This document shows positions 1 through 9,917 of a stretch of 64,000 bases of DNA, piece by piece. The notes under the pieces are model-generated. The model saw only the letters and a program-made list of their open reading frames with translations, did no database searches and was not told where the DNA came from. Origin of the DNA: an uncultured bacterium (GTDB lineage: Bacteria; Bipolaricaulota; Bipolaricaulia; RBG-16-55-9; DRJF01); the NCBI GenBank assembly GCA_913053845.1, contig CAJXGD010000005.1:2239-66238 (forward strand), given 5' to 3'. Position 1 is the first letter of the stretch. Every line of letters begins with the position of its first letter. The translations under genes were made by a program, and so were the position numbers.

Positions 1-39
1 GATCTGAGCCAGGCCGGCAGCGTCAGCTCGCCCAACCTG

Positions 40-2463
40 TTGACCAACCCCGGTTTCGAAAATGACCTGAATGGCTGGTCAAAAATCCTCAATAAAGGCC
101 TTGATGTGCAGGTCGTCACTTCCGTGGCACACAGCGGTCGGGCGGCGTTGCAGTTTAGCAACAGCGCCGCGAAAATGGCCTTTGCCGCCTACAGCAGTGC
201 TTCGGTGAGCGTCACCCCAGGCCAGCGCTACCGCGTCTTTGGCTGGTTCCGCAGCAGCACCGGATACGTGAGCAGTCCTAGCGGTACGTCCGTTTTCTTG
301 CAGAGCGAACTTTGGCAATCACCACAGCGCACCAACGGGCTGTATCTGCAATGGCTCGACGGGGCGCAACTGCCCTTGGCAGACCCGCAACTGGCCGTGG
401 CCTTGCACGGCGAGGTCGCCCACTGGCGTCTGATCCGACGGGAGCTGCGCGCACCGGCCCAGGCGCGGTTTGCCCGCGTGATGGTGGCCGCAAAGCTGGG
501 CACCCAATCTCTGTGGGTAGACGACCTGTATCTGGTGGCCAGTCCCGAAGAAGAAATAGCCGTGCAGGGAACGCTAAGTCCCTGTCTCGATGCTGCCGAT
601 TGCCTGACCCAAAGCGCCGTTCTTTCCAATGGCCTGCAACTGCACATTCGCTACAGCGCCCAGGCCGATCATCTGACCGTTGTCGGACAAGTCACAGACA
701 CATCCGGGCAAGACCGCGCTCTGGATATCCGTTGGGGCCTTCCCCTCTCGGCGGATCGGGGAGGAAGCTGGTGGGACGATGTCCACATCGTTCGTCCCCT
801 CAGCGCATCCGGTATTTATGCTAACGATGTTAGTGCCAGCTACGACGGCTGGCTGCCGATATCGCTCTACCCTTACGCTGGCATCACTCAGGCAAACAAG
901 GGGCTGGCCCTGGGACTGCCCTCGGATCGTCCTCAACTGGCCCTGCTCAGCTACGATGGCGCCACAGGCCGCTATGGCGCGACGTTCCATCTGGGAATCT
1001 CGCCGCAAGCTGGCAAGGTTGGCCCGCGGGCAGCCTTTGCTTTGGTCCTCTATCGCTTCGATCCGGCGTGGGGCTTTCGGGATGTCATCGCCCGTCACCA
1101 TGCTCTGTACCCCAAGGCTTATAGCACACCCCGCGCTCTTTATGGCTTCAGCGGCAGGTCCCAAGGCGCGTACTATACCCCCAAAGGGGCCCAAGAAGTG
1201 CTGGCCGAAGATCAAACAAACACTTATTCCGCCCAATACACCGACCCTCGGTTGCAACTAAGAATTGCTGCTAATGATGCACCTCGTCCCACACTTGATC
1301 AGGCCTTAGCCGTCGTTACGACTCAGCTTGCCAGCCCCAATGCCAGCGTCGCGGATTTCGCTCGGGCGATCAGTCACAGCGCCGTTGTGGGAGCCAATGG
1401 CGACTACTCGCTCAAGGGAATTGGCGTATTCGCCTGGGACCCTGGGCACTGGGAAGCGCTCTGGACAGCCAATCTAGATCCTGATCTGCAAGATGGCCTG
1501 GCCTCTTTTTTGCTCAACCGACGCATCGAGCCGGCGTTCCAAGCGGCCAAAAAAATCGACGCCCATCTGGACGGCGTGCAGATTGACAACTTTATGAGCG
1601 AGCCTGCTTTTGATCTGCGTCTCGAGGCCCTGGCCGCTGCCGATTGGCCACTTACTTACGAGCCGAACTCTTACCGACCCGCCGTGCACACCGGCTTTGC
1701 CCTGCGCGAATATCTACAATTCTTGCGCAGCTATTTGGACGATAACTGGGGCACGGATCGGGGCATCACAGTCAATTTTTGGGGACTGGGACACCCCAAC
1801 TATCTGAGTCAGTACCTGGACGCCTTCGGCAGCGAAGGTGGTCTAAAAGACAATGGACAAGGTCCCAACTTCAATCCAGCAATTCTGGACTACCGCCGTG
1901 CCATCGCCTACGACCGGCCCTACCTATTTGCCAACCAGACGCGGGGGCTGTCTGCCGCTGAAGCCCGCAGTGCCAGCCAGTTGGCCTTGCTCTACGGCGT
2001 GCTTGCCGGACATGGTCCTAACGGCGCCGCTTGGGAGCCGGGCGCAGCACAGATTGTTGACGATACGGCTGAATTGGTGAGGCGTTATTGGGCCAGCGGC
2101 TGGCGGCCGCTCACCTACGCGCGCGCCGATCAGCCGGAAATCTGGATCGAGCGCTTCGGCGGCGTGGGAGGCACTCAAACAGGACCCGCCCAGGCCGAGC
2201 TGTACTTCACTGTGCACAATCGCTCTGACATCGCGCGCACGGCCACGATCAGCATCGAGACGCTCCCCTTGGCACTTGGCGATCCGTCTTCGAGGACAAT
2301 TAGCGATCTGGTGAGCGATAGGCAGGTCCCTTTCGATACTAAAGCGGGTCAGATCGTGATCCGCTTGCAGTTGGATCCTGGGCAAACGAGGGTATTGCAC
2401 CTGATCAGGGCCCCTGCGGGCAGCTCTTCAGGTGGAATGCCGGCGCCGCTGTCGCTCCCTTAG
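40..2463 (+). CDS. Secreted protein with an N-terminal CBM4/9-like carbohydrate-binding module. Function unknown; probably truncated at the window edge.
   Basis: 807-aa ORF starting at TTG 40. The same frame is open from nt 1 (…DLSQAGSVSSPNLLTNPGFENDLNGW), so the gene probably continues upstream of the window. The N-terminal roughly 170 aa resemble CBM_4_9-type modules (GWS…ALQF…VFGWFR…WVDDLYLV). The remainder matches no family I recognise. Confidence 0.5.
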   Translation: MTNPGFENDLNGWSKILNKGLDVQVVTSVAHSGRAALQFSNSAAKMAFAAYSSASVSVTPGQRYRVFGWFRSSTGYVSSPSGTSVFLQSELWQSPQRTNGLYLQWLDGAQLPLADPQLAVALHGEVAHWRLIRRELRAPAQARFARVMVAAKLGTQSLWVDDLYLVASPEEEIAVQGTLSPCLDAADCLTQSAVLSNGLQLHIRYSAQADHLTVVGQVTDTSGQDRALDIRWGLPLSADRGGSWWDDVHIVRPLSASGIYANDVSASYDGWLPISLYPYAGITQANKGLALGLPSDRPQLALLSYDGATGRYGATFHLGISPQAGKVGPRAAFALVLYRFDPAWGFRDVIARHHALYPKAYSTPRALYGFSGRSQGAYYTPKGAQEVLAEDQTNTYSAQYTDPRLQLRIAANDAPRPTLDQALAVVTTQLASPNASVADFARAISHSAVVGANGDYSLKGIGVFAWDPGHWEALWTANLDPDLQDGLASFLLNRRIEPAFQAAKKIDAHLDGVQIDNFMSEPAFDLRLEALAAADWPLTYEPNSYRPAVHTGFALREYLQFLRSYLDDNWGTDRGITVNFWGLGHPNYLSQYLDAFGSEGGLKDNGQGPNFNPAILDYRRAIAYDRPYLFANQTRGLSAAEARSASQLALLYGVLAGHGPNGAAWEPGAAQIVDDTAELVRRYWASGWRPLTYARADQPEIWIERFGGVGGTQTGPAQAELYFTVHNRSDIARTATISIETLPLALGDPSSRTISDLVSDRQVPFDTKAGQIVIRLQLDPGQTRVLHLIRAPAGSSSGGMPAPLSLP

Positions 2464-2482
2464 CAAGCTGGCCCGTTCCTCC

Positions 2483-3079
2483 CTACTTCAACCCCTTAAG
2501 CTGTGATCTATGACGGCAGGCCGCGCCCTTACTCCCCTCTCCGTTGGCCGCAGAGGCCTCATTGGTGTTCTCGATGTGGGCTACCGCTGCGCGAGGAGCT
2601 ATCTTCCAGAACAACCCCCGATAATCAGGCCAATTTTTCAGAATCTGCCCGGCATGCTGGCTATGAGTCTCTGCGGCAAAGCGGCCGATATGCTGTCGTA
2701 ACTCCGCCAGCTCAGCAGGGGAGGGCCGCAGCAGTTGCACCAGTTGCGGATTATAGCGCTGGGGGAAATGGCCCGTTTCATCGAGTACATAGGCGCTCCC
2801 TCCGGTCATCCCCGCCCCGAAGTTCCGACCGGTCTCGCCCAGCACGATGACCGTCCCACCAGTCATGTACTCGCAGCCGTGGTCCCCCACGCCCTCCACA
2901 ATGGCCAGTGCCCCGCTGTTGCGCACTCCAAGGCACTCCAGCGCCCGTTGGAGAATCTCATGGCTGGGCGAACCGCTCAGTTGGGCGATGAAGCCGATTC
3001 CACAGCCGTTATGCTCTAATCGTGGATCATAAAGCAAGTTATTATCTTGGGTATTATACCCATACTCTTGCTCAGACAT
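2483..3079 (-). CDS. GXGXG-domain protein that looks like an internally deleted glutamate synthase large subunit (gltB remnant)
   Basis: 198 aa. The N-terminus carries the CGIGFIA motif typical of the GltB Ntn-amidotransferase start. It is joined directly to GDHGCEYMTGGTVIVLGETGRNFGAGMTGGSAYV (the GXGXG repeats of the GltB C-terminal domain) and a GltB-like C-terminal tail (…ILKNWPDYRGLFWKIAP). Confidence 0.55.
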   Translation of the reverse strand: MSEQEYGYNTQDNNLLYDPRLEHNGCGIGFIAQLSGSPSHEILQRALECLGVRNSGALAIVEGVGDHGCEYMTGGTVIVLGETGRNFGAGMTGGSAYVLDETGHFPQRYNPQLVQLLRPSPAELAELRQHIGRFAAETHSQHAGQILKNWPDYRGLFWKIAPRAAVAHIENTNEASAANGEGSKGAACRHRSQLKGLK

Positions 3080-3571
3080 GATGGACCTCCTGATTATGAA
3101 ATTAAAATTGGCTTATGCTGGTGCTGCAGCTTAGGGTGCGGGAGTCCTAGGGCGAGCTAGGCTCCTTTGCCCTCTTCGGTGGAGGTGCGTCGCGTGAGCT
3201 GCCCTCGCAGGAGCAGGATAATCGGGCAGGTTGAAATGGCAGCTGCGCTGGGACAGGCTGAGGACAACTCAAGCGAGCTATCTGAGGACACGACCAGTTT
3301 ACGGCTGTGCATGACCCGACCTCCTTCTGCAGAACTAAGACAGTCTAACACAAATCAGACTGCTTGTCAAGCACAGCGGCACGAATTCTGACGTTCGTTG
3401 CGTCTTAATCATCGATGGCCGGATATTGTGCGCGAATGTAGCCGACTATCGCACGAGAGTGACCGCCGCCTGATCCTGTTCAGCGGTGCGGATGCGGTAG
3501 ATTCTTTCCACTGGCAGGACGAAAACCTTGCCATCGCCTATCCGTACAGATATCTGGAGACAAACCTGTGC

Positions 3572-3600
3572 TTGTCCGAGTCGCCGGGCCGGGCTATAAT
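3572..3600 (+). promoter_or_regulatory. Putative sigma70-type promoter of pyrG (TTGTCC-N17-TATAAT)
   Basis: Read directly: TTGTCC at 3572-3577, a 17-nt spacer, TATAAT at 3595-3600, about 27 nt upstream of the pyrG ATG. Confidence 0.4.
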
Positions 3601-3626
3601 CACATTTAGGGAAGTCATCTAGCATC

Positions 3627-5222
3627 ATGATCAAATACCTCTTCGTCACCGGCGGTGTGCTTTCTGGTTTGGGCAAGGGGATAACCTCGGCCTCCATCGG
3701 CCTGTTGCTCCAATCGCGCGGGATCAAGATCACGGCCATCAAGATAGATCCCTACCTCAATTGCGATGCGGGTACCATGAACCCCTACCAACATGGCGAG
3801 GTCTTCGTGCTGGCCGACGGCGGCGAGGTGGACATGGACCTGGGCAGCTACGAGCGCTTTCTCAATATAGACCTGACCAGCGAGCATAATATCACCACCG
3901 GTAAGGTCTACCAGCGGGTGATCGAGAAGGAGCGCCAAGGGCGCTATCTGGGCCAGACGGTGCAGATCATTCCCCATGCTACCGATGAGATCCAGTCCAT
4001 GATCAAGCGCGTAGGCGAGGCGAGCGGTGCCGAGGTGGTGATCATCGAGCTGGGCGGCACTGTGGGCGACATCGAGTCGATGCCCTTCCTGGAGGCGGCG
4101 CGTCAGATGCGCCAAGAGCTGGGCCCCGAAGCCTGCGTCTTCGTGCATACGACTCTGGTGCCGGTGGTCCAGGTCGTCGGCGAACAGAAGACCAAGCCGA
4201 CCCAGCATTCGGTGCGGGAGCTGCGCGCCATCGGCATCCAGCCCGACGTGATCGTCGGGCGCAGCCATCAGCCGCTCCAAGAAGCTACCCGGCGTAAGAT
4301 CGCCCTCTTCTGCGACGTACCCCCGGAGGCGGTCATCTCCGCCCCGGACGCGGAGTTGATCTATCAGGTGCCCTCGATCTTTCAGGAACAAGGGCTGACC
4401 GACTATCTGCTCCAGCGCTTGCAACTGCACCCTGGCTCGCGAGACCTGACCGAATGGAAAGCCTATCTGACCGCCGCGCTCCATCCCTCCCGCCAACTGC
4501 AAGTGGCGCTGGTGGGCAAATATACCGCACTGAACGACAGCTATGTCAGTTATGCTGAAGCGCTGGCCCATGCCGGCGCCGCTTTGGGCCTCCGAGCCGA
4601 GATCCGCTGGATCGAGGCCGAGGATTTCAGTGAAGACGATCTCTCAGGGGTGCAGGGGCTGATCGTCCCGGTGGGCTTTGGCCGCCGCGGCTCGGAGGGG
4701 ATGATCCGGGCCATTCATTATGCCCGCACGCACGCTCTGCCCTTCCTGGGCATCTGTTATGGTTTTCAGTTGGCGGTCATCGAGTTCGCCCGCTACCAGT
4801 TGGGGATGAAAGGGGCGAACAGCACCGAATTCGAGGCCGAGGCCTCCCCGCCGGTGATAGACCTGATGCCGGAGCAGGCCGGCCTCTCCCGCTTGGGGGC
4901 CACTATGCGCCTGGGCGCTCAGCCGGTGCGCATTGCGCGCGGCACGGAGGCCTATCGGCTCTACGGCCAGACGGAGATCGAGGAGCGCCATCGCCACCGC
5001 TACGAAGTCAACCCCAAATATATCAAGCAACTTGAGGCCGGTGGCCTGCACTTCTCCGGCAAATCGCTCGATGGGCGCCGGATGGAAATCGCCGAAATAC
5101 CTGATCATCCCTTCTTCATCGCCTCACAGTTCCACCCGGAGTTCCTCTCCCGGCCCACGCACCCTCGCCCGCTCTTTCTGGGATTCTTGCGCGCATGTCT
5201 TGGCTGCGACGCCGCCGCCTGA
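3627..5222 (+). CDS. pyrG: CTP synthase
   Basis: N-terminus [25 protein letters not shown]. Glutamine amidotransferase C-domain with GICYGFQ…HPEF. 531 aa. Confidence 0.95.
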   Translation: MIKYLFVTGGVLSGLGKGITSASIGLLLQSRGIKITAIKIDPYLNCDAGTMNPYQHGEVFVLADGGEVDMDLGSYERFLNIDLTSEHNITTGKVYQRVIEKERQGRYLGQTVQIIPHATDEIQSMIKRVGEASGAEVVIIELGGTVGDIESMPFLEAARQMRQELGPEACVFVHTTLVPVVQVVGEQKTKPTQHSVRELRAIGIQPDVIVGRSHQPLQEATRRKIALFCDVPPEAVISAPDAELIYQVPSIFQEQGLTDYLLQRLQLHPGSRDLTEWKAYLTAALHPSRQLQVALVGKYTALNDSYVSYAEALAHAGAALGLRAEIRWIEAEDFSEDDLSGVQGLIVPVGFGRRGSEGMIRAIHYARTHALPFLGICYGFQLAVIEFARYQLGMKGANSTEFEAEASPPVIDLMPEQAGLSRLGATMRLGAQPVRIARGTEAYRLYGQTEIEERHRHRYEVNPKYIKQLEAGGLHFSGKSLDGRRMEIAEIPDHPFFIASQFHPEFLSRPTHPRPLFLGFLRACLGCDAAA

Positions 5223-5767
5223 TCATCGCTCTGCTGCTCCTGTTGTCGGGGCTGGCCTGGTTGGCCTCTCGGGGGCTGTCAGGCGGCCAGAGCGCGATAG
5301 CGAACGCCGCTTCCCCAAACTCCAGTTTGGCCGCCAGCGTGGAGCTGAGCGACAGCCGCTTGAGCCATTATGACCAGCAAGGACGGCTGCTCTGGACCTT
5401 GGAGGCGCCACTGATGCGCTATCACCGGGAGACCGAAGAGAGCGTGGCTCAAGACGTCTTGGTGCAGTTCTTCAGCGCAGGGCGTCCCACGCTGCAGGTG
5501 CGCGCGGGCCGACTGGTGTTTTTTAATCGCTCTGGCGATCTGCTGCTCTCCGGCCGACTGGTCGCCGCAGACCCGGTGCAAGGCCTGCGCTTTCAGACCG
5601 AGGCCGCCCGCTGGAGCGATCATGAGCAGGTACTGCGCGGCTCAGGGCCCCTGGAGCTGGAGCGCCAGAACTTAAAACTGACCGGTCAGGGTTTCAGCTA
5701 CTGGCCGAGACAGGACCGGCTGGTCGTGCAGAGCGCCGCGCTGCGCTTCTGGCCCGGGGGACGATGA
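5195..5767 (+). CDS. LptC/LptA-family protein (LPS export, membrane-anchored periplasmic component)
   Basis: 190 aa with a single N-terminal TM helix and a beta-rich periplasmic domain. It overlaps the pyrG stop and the lptB start (translational coupling). Size and position match LptC immediately upstream of LptB. Confidence 0.5.
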   Translation: MSWLRRRRLIIALLLLLSGLAWLASRGLSGGQSAIANAASPNSSLAASVELSDSRLSHYDQQGRLLWTLEAPLMRYHRETEESVAQDVLVQFFSAGRPTLQVRAGRLVFFNRSGDLLLSGRLVAADPVQGLRFQTEAARWSDHEQVLRGSGPLELERQNLKLTGQGFSYWPRQDRLVVQSAALRFWPGGR

Positions 5768-6486
5768 AGCTCTCCGGCCAGCACCTGGCCAAGCGTTACG
5801 GCCGAGCCCCCTTGGTGGTTGATGACATCTCGCTCGCGGTCGACAGCGGTCAGATAGTAGGCTTGCTTGGCCCCAATGGCGCGGGCAAGACGACCGTCTT
5901 TCATCTGATCATGGGCCTGATCGCCCCGGAGACCGGTGAGGTCCGGCTGGACGGGCGGGAGATCACCCGTCTGCCCTTCTATCGTCGCGCCCGGCTAGGG
6001 CTGGGCTATCTGGCGCAAGAGCCCTCGGTCTTCCGCCACCTGACCGTGCGGCAGAACCTGCTGGCCATCCTGGAGAATATGCCCCTCTCGTCTGCCCAGC
6101 GGCGCACGCGGGCGGACCAATTATTGGACAAGCTGGAGATCGGTGCCTTGGCAACCCGCCAGGCCGACCGGCTCTCTTCCGGCGAGCGTCGGAGGGTGGA
6201 GATCGCCCGCGCGCTGGCCCGTGAGCCCGGGTTTCTCCTGCTAGATGAGCCTTTCTCCGGCGTGGATCCCCTCTCGGTCGAAGCGGTGCAACAGATCGTG
6301 CGCCAGCTCAGCCAGGAGGGCATCGGCATCCTGCTCACCGACCACAACGTGCGGGAGGCGCTGCGGGTGACCGACTATGCCTATCTGATTTACAGTGGCA
6401 AGATCGTCTCTGAGGGTAGGCCAGACGAGATTGCCGCTGATCCCTTGGCGCGCCGGCTCTATCTGGGCGAGCGCTTTGAGCTTTAA
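5764..6486 (+). CDS. lptB: LPS export ABC transporter ATP-binding protein
   Basis: Walker A GPNGAGKTT. Signature LSSGERRRVEIARAL. LptB-like C-terminal region …ADPLARRLYLGERFEL. 240 aa. Confidence 0.8.
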   Translation: MKLSGQHLAKRYGRAPLVVDDISLAVDSGQIVGLLGPNGAGKTTVFHLIMGLIAPETGEVRLDGREITRLPFYRRARLGLGYLAQEPSVFRHLTVRQNLLAILENMPLSSAQRRTRADQLLDKLEIGALATRQADRLSSGERRRVEIARALAREPGFLLLDEPFSGVDPLSVEAVQQIVRQLSQEGIGILLTDHNVREALRVTDYAYLIYSGKIVSEGRPDEIAADPLARRLYLGERFEL

Positions 6487-8543
6487 CCGGCCGGCTCCAC
6501 CCGCGCGGCGCAGGCCTTGAACTCCGGAATGCCACTGGCCGGATCGAGCGCGTCGTTGGTGAGAATATTGGTGAGCGATTCGGAATAGTGCATCGGCATC
6601 CAGATCACCCCGGGCAGGATCGGGAAAACTCTCGCTTTGACCAGCAGCTCGCCCCGCCGGGTGCTGACTTTGACCGGCTGCTCGTCTTGGATGCCCAGGC
6701 GCTCGGCATCTTCAGCGCTGATCTGGACATAGTTCTCCGGCTCGGCCAGGCCCGATTTGGTGCGCCGGCTCATCGTGCCCGAGTTGTACTGCATAAACGA
6801 ACGGCCCGAAGTGAGCAACAGGGGATATTTAGCATCGGTCTCCTCGGCCGGCGGCCGATAGTCCACCGCGCTGAGCAGCCCCTTACCGCGCGTGAATTTT
6901 CCCACGTGCAGCGTGGGCGTGCCGGGATGATCTTCGCTGGGGCACGGCCATTGCAACCCATCATTCTCTTCTATGCGCCTATAAGTAATACCATGATAAA
7001 TCGGAATCAGTTGACGCATCTCTTCCCAGACGGCTTCGGCGTTCTCGTAGTGCATGGGCGAGCCCATCCGCTCGCTGAGCTCGCAGAGTATCGTCATATC
7101 GCTCTTGGAGTTGCCCAGGGGCTCGATGGCCTTACGCACCAGTTGCACCCGCCGCTCGGAGTTGACGAAGGTGCCCTCCTTCTCGGCATAGCTGGCCGCA
7201 GGCAAAATCACATCAGCATATTCGGCCGTTCGGTTCATGAATAGATCCTGTACGATGAGCAGATCCAGCTTCGCCAGCGCCCGATGCACCCTGCGCACGT
7301 TCCCCTCGCTGAGTGCAAGGTCCTCACCAATGGCGTAGACGCCGTGCAGCTGGCCGGCCTCGATCTGATCCCACATGCGCGTGGAGAAGAAATACTTGCC
7401 CGCTTGTGGGATGGGCATGGTAATGCCCCAAGCCTGTTCAAAGCGCCGAATAGCTTCGCTATCGCTCCACTGCTGATAGCCGGGCAAGGTCTCTGGGCGC
7501 ACCAGGTCGGTGGCCCCTTGCACGTTGTTCTGGCCACGCAGCGCGTTCAGACCGCCGCTGGCCACGCCCATGTTGCCGGTGATCATAGCTAGATTAGCCA
7601 ATGCTTTGACGTTCTGCGTGCCGCTGCGGTGCTCAGTGACCCCGATGCCGTAGGCGATCGAGGCCGGCTTGGCCCGGGCGTAGATCTCGGCGGCCCGTCT
7701 GATCAGATCGGCGGGCACGCCGCTGATCTTCTCGGCGAGCTCCGGGGTGTAGCGCTCCAGCCCTTGCCGGAAGGCCGCAAAGTTCTCGCAGCGCTCGGCG
7801 ATATATCTCTTATCCTGCCAATCGCTGTCAATAATGTGCCGGCAGATGGCATTGAAGAGCGCCACCTCCGAGCCCGGCCTCAGCTTGAGGTGCAGCACCT
7901 GGGCGCCGGCCCGTTCTCCCTCGCTGACCACCCGGGTGCGGCGCGGGTCAATCACGATCAGCGGGATGCCCTTACGTAGCCCGGGCAGTATCCAGCGGCT
8001 CCAAATAATCGGATGGCTGCCAGCGGTGTTGGAGCCGACGATCATCAGCGCCTGCGGCCCCGGATCGAGGAACTCCTTGATGGCATTGCTCATCGCCCCG
8101 GCCCCGAAGACTTCGGAGAGCGCGGCGACGGTGGACGAATGGCAGACGCGCTGGCATTGGTCGAGATTATTGGTGCCCAGCACCGCGCGGGCGAACTTCT
8201 GGGCCAGATAGTTCTCCTCTTGGGTAGAGCGGCTGCTGCTGATCAGGGCCACTGCATCTTGGCCATACTGTTTTTGGATGCGCCGCAGTCCGGCGACGAT
8301 GAAATCATAGGCTTCGTCCCAAGGTACCGGCACAAATTGGCCATTCTTCTTGATCAGGGGGTCGGTCAGACGATCGGGATGATTGACAAACTGGTGGGCG
8401 GTGGCCCCTTTAGGACAGAGAGTGCCCTGGCTCACCGGATGCTGCTCGTCAGGCTTGACGCCCGTGACGGTATCGCCTGCGGTAACGAGATAGAGACCAC
8501 AGCCAACGCCGCAGTAAGGACAGATGGTTCGCACCTCGGCCAT
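6483..8543 (-). CDS. fdhF: Molybdopterin oxidoreductase, formate dehydrogenase H-like catalytic subunit (Cys-type)
   Basis: N-terminal 4Fe-4S motif CPYCGVGCG. RVCHSSTVAALSEVFGAGAMSNAIKE aligns with the FdhF active-site region, with Cys in place of Sec. 686 aa. RBS AAGGAGGG upstream. Confidence 0.8.
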   Translation of the reverse strand: MAEVRTICPYCGVGCGLYLVTAGDTVTGVKPDEQHPVSQGTLCPKGATAHQFVNHPDRLTDPLIKKNGQFVPVPWDEAYDFIVAGLRRIQKQYGQDAVALISSSRSTQEENYLAQKFARAVLGTNNLDQCQRVCHSSTVAALSEVFGAGAMSNAIKEFLDPGPQALMIVGSNTAGSHPIIWSRWILPGLRKGIPLIVIDPRRTRVVSEGERAGAQVLHLKLRPGSEVALFNAICRHIIDSDWQDKRYIAERCENFAAFRQGLERYTPELAEKISGVPADLIRRAAEIYARAKPASIAYGIGVTEHRSGTQNVKALANLAMITGNMGVASGGLNALRGQNNVQGATDLVRPETLPGYQQWSDSEAIRRFEQAWGITMPIPQAGKYFFSTRMWDQIEAGQLHGVYAIGEDLALSEGNVRRVHRALAKLDLLIVQDLFMNRTAEYADVILPAASYAEKEGTFVNSERRVQLVRKAIEPLGNSKSDMTILCELSERMGSPMHYENAEAVWEEMRQLIPIYHGITYRRIEENDGLQWPCPSEDHPGTPTLHVGKFTRGKGLLSAVDYRPPAEETDAKYPLLLTSGRSFMQYNSGTMSRRTKSGLAEPENYVQISAEDAERLGIQDEQPVKVSTRRGELLVKARVFPILPGVIWMPMHYSESLTNILTNDALDPASGIPEFKACAARVEPAG

Positions 8544-8685
8544 AGCTTAACCCTCCTTTGCCGGAGTAGCTTAGCGATAACGCCACAGGGCATAGGCGAT
8601 ATAGCTGAGCGCCCCCAAGGTGATAACTAGCGCCAGATAACCGCCGGCTGAGCCGGGAGGATTGAAGATCCACATGAGCGTCAGA

Positions 8686-8880
8686 CTATTTTTTCTTGTC
8701 TTTCTTGACCACGGTCAGCACTTCCATCCCGTTGTAGTAGCCACACTTGCCGCAGACCCGATGGGGCAATTTGGCCTCGTGACAGTGGGGACATTCGGTT
8801 ACCGTCACCTGCGGCAGCTTCCAGTGGGCACGATGTAGACGCTTTTGCGAATGCGAACGCCGATATTTTGGCTCAGCCAT
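8686..8880 (-). CDS. rpmF: 50S ribosomal protein L32
   Basis: 64 aa: MAEPKYRRSHSQKRLHRAHWKL…CPHCHEAKLPHRVCGKCGYY. Classic L32 with a zinc ribbon. Confidence 0.9.
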   Translation of the reverse strand: MAEPKYRRSHSQKRLHRAHWKLPQVTVTECPHCHEAKLPHRVCGKCGYYNGMEVLTVVKKDKKK

Positions 8881-8924
8881 TTTTTAATTCCCCTCCAAGA
8901 GAGACTGGGCCGCTTGCCAGCCGC

Positions 8925-9401
8925 TTAGCTTATTGTAGCTTGACCCTTGCGCCTTTGCAACTCAGCGCTATCGAGCAGCAGCGTGACCGGACCATCGTTG
9001 AGCAGCGATACCTGCATCGTCTGGCCGAAAGCGCCCGTCTGCACCGGTGCCCCCGCGGCGCGCAGCGCCCGGACAAAATGCTCGAAGAGCGGCCGAGCCA
9101 GCTCGGCAGCGGCTGCGCCTGTGAAGTTGGGCCGCCTCCCCCGGCGACAGTTCCCATAGAGCGTAAACTGGGAGACGGCCAGAATCTCACCCCCGCTCCC
9201 CAGCAGCGAGCGATTCAGCTTGCCCGCTTCATCGGCAAAAATTCGCAAATTAACGCACTTATCGGCCAGCAACTCCGCCTGAGCTACGTCGTCCTGCCGG
9301 CCGATGCCGACCAGGATCAGCAGGCCGGGGCCAATCTGGGCGATGGTCTGCTCCGCGACGCGCACGGTCGCCTGGCGCACCCGTTGAATCACCAGTCGCA
9401 T
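8925..9401 (-). CDS. dtd: D-aminoacyl-tRNA deacylase
   Basis: MRLVIQRV…ILVGIG…SQFTLYG…GRRPNF. 158 aa. Dtd family. Confidence 0.9.
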   Translation of the reverse strand: MRLVIQRVRQATVRVAEQTIAQIGPGLLILVGIGRQDDVAQAELLADKCVNLRIFADEAGKLNRSLLGSGGEILAVSQFTLYGNCRRGRRPNFTGAAAAELARPLFEHFVRALRAAGAPVQTGAFGQTMQVSLLNDGPVTLLLDSAELQRRKGQATIS

Positions 9402-9499
9402 ACCTTGATGCTAAGCCGCTCCGGCGCCGCGCGCAACTTGCGGTCCGACTGCACAGGCTCTTATAATGCCTCAGCCCAAAAGATCAGGGAGCTGAAGAA

Positions 9500-9917
9500 T
9501 ATGCCGAAACTCAAGAAGATCGAGGCCGATCTGGGCCAGATATTCATCGCCGACCGAGCCTTGGAGATGATCGTCTATGGGGCGTTGCTCCAGGTAGAGG
9601 GGCTCAAGACGCCCGATCGGCTTACTCCCGAAGGGGTCTGGGGGCGTCTCGCCAAAGTCTACAAGGGCAATGGCATTCAGATCCTCAAAGACAACCCGGC
9701 CGCCGTAGAGACGGAGACGGAGACGAGTGAGCCGCGCCTGCACGTCAAGTTGGATTTGGTCGCCCAGTATGGGGTCAAGATCCACGAGGCCGCCGCCGAG
9801 GCGGTCCGTGAGGTCCGACGGCGGGTGAAAGAGCTGGCCGGCTTGGAGGTAGATGAGGTCAGCATCAAGGTCATCGGCATCGCCCAACCCCCAGAGAACT
9901 ATGCCCAAGCTAGCTGA
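9500..9917 (+). CDS. Asp23/Gls24-family alkaline-shock protein
   Basis: ATG at 9500 lies inside the longer ORF 8868-9917, whose 5' part is antisense to dtd. The sequence …IADRALEMIVYGALLQVEGL…VSIKVIG is typical of Asp23. Confidence 0.75.

Noticed and set aside
3615-4571. 318-aa ORF antisense to pyrG
   Set aside because: Fully contained in the opposite strand of a highly conserved gene. No motifs.
8868-9499. 5' two-thirds of the 349-aa + strand ORF
   Set aside because: Antisense to dtd and low-complexity. Only the 3' part from ATG 9500 (Asp23-like) is credible.
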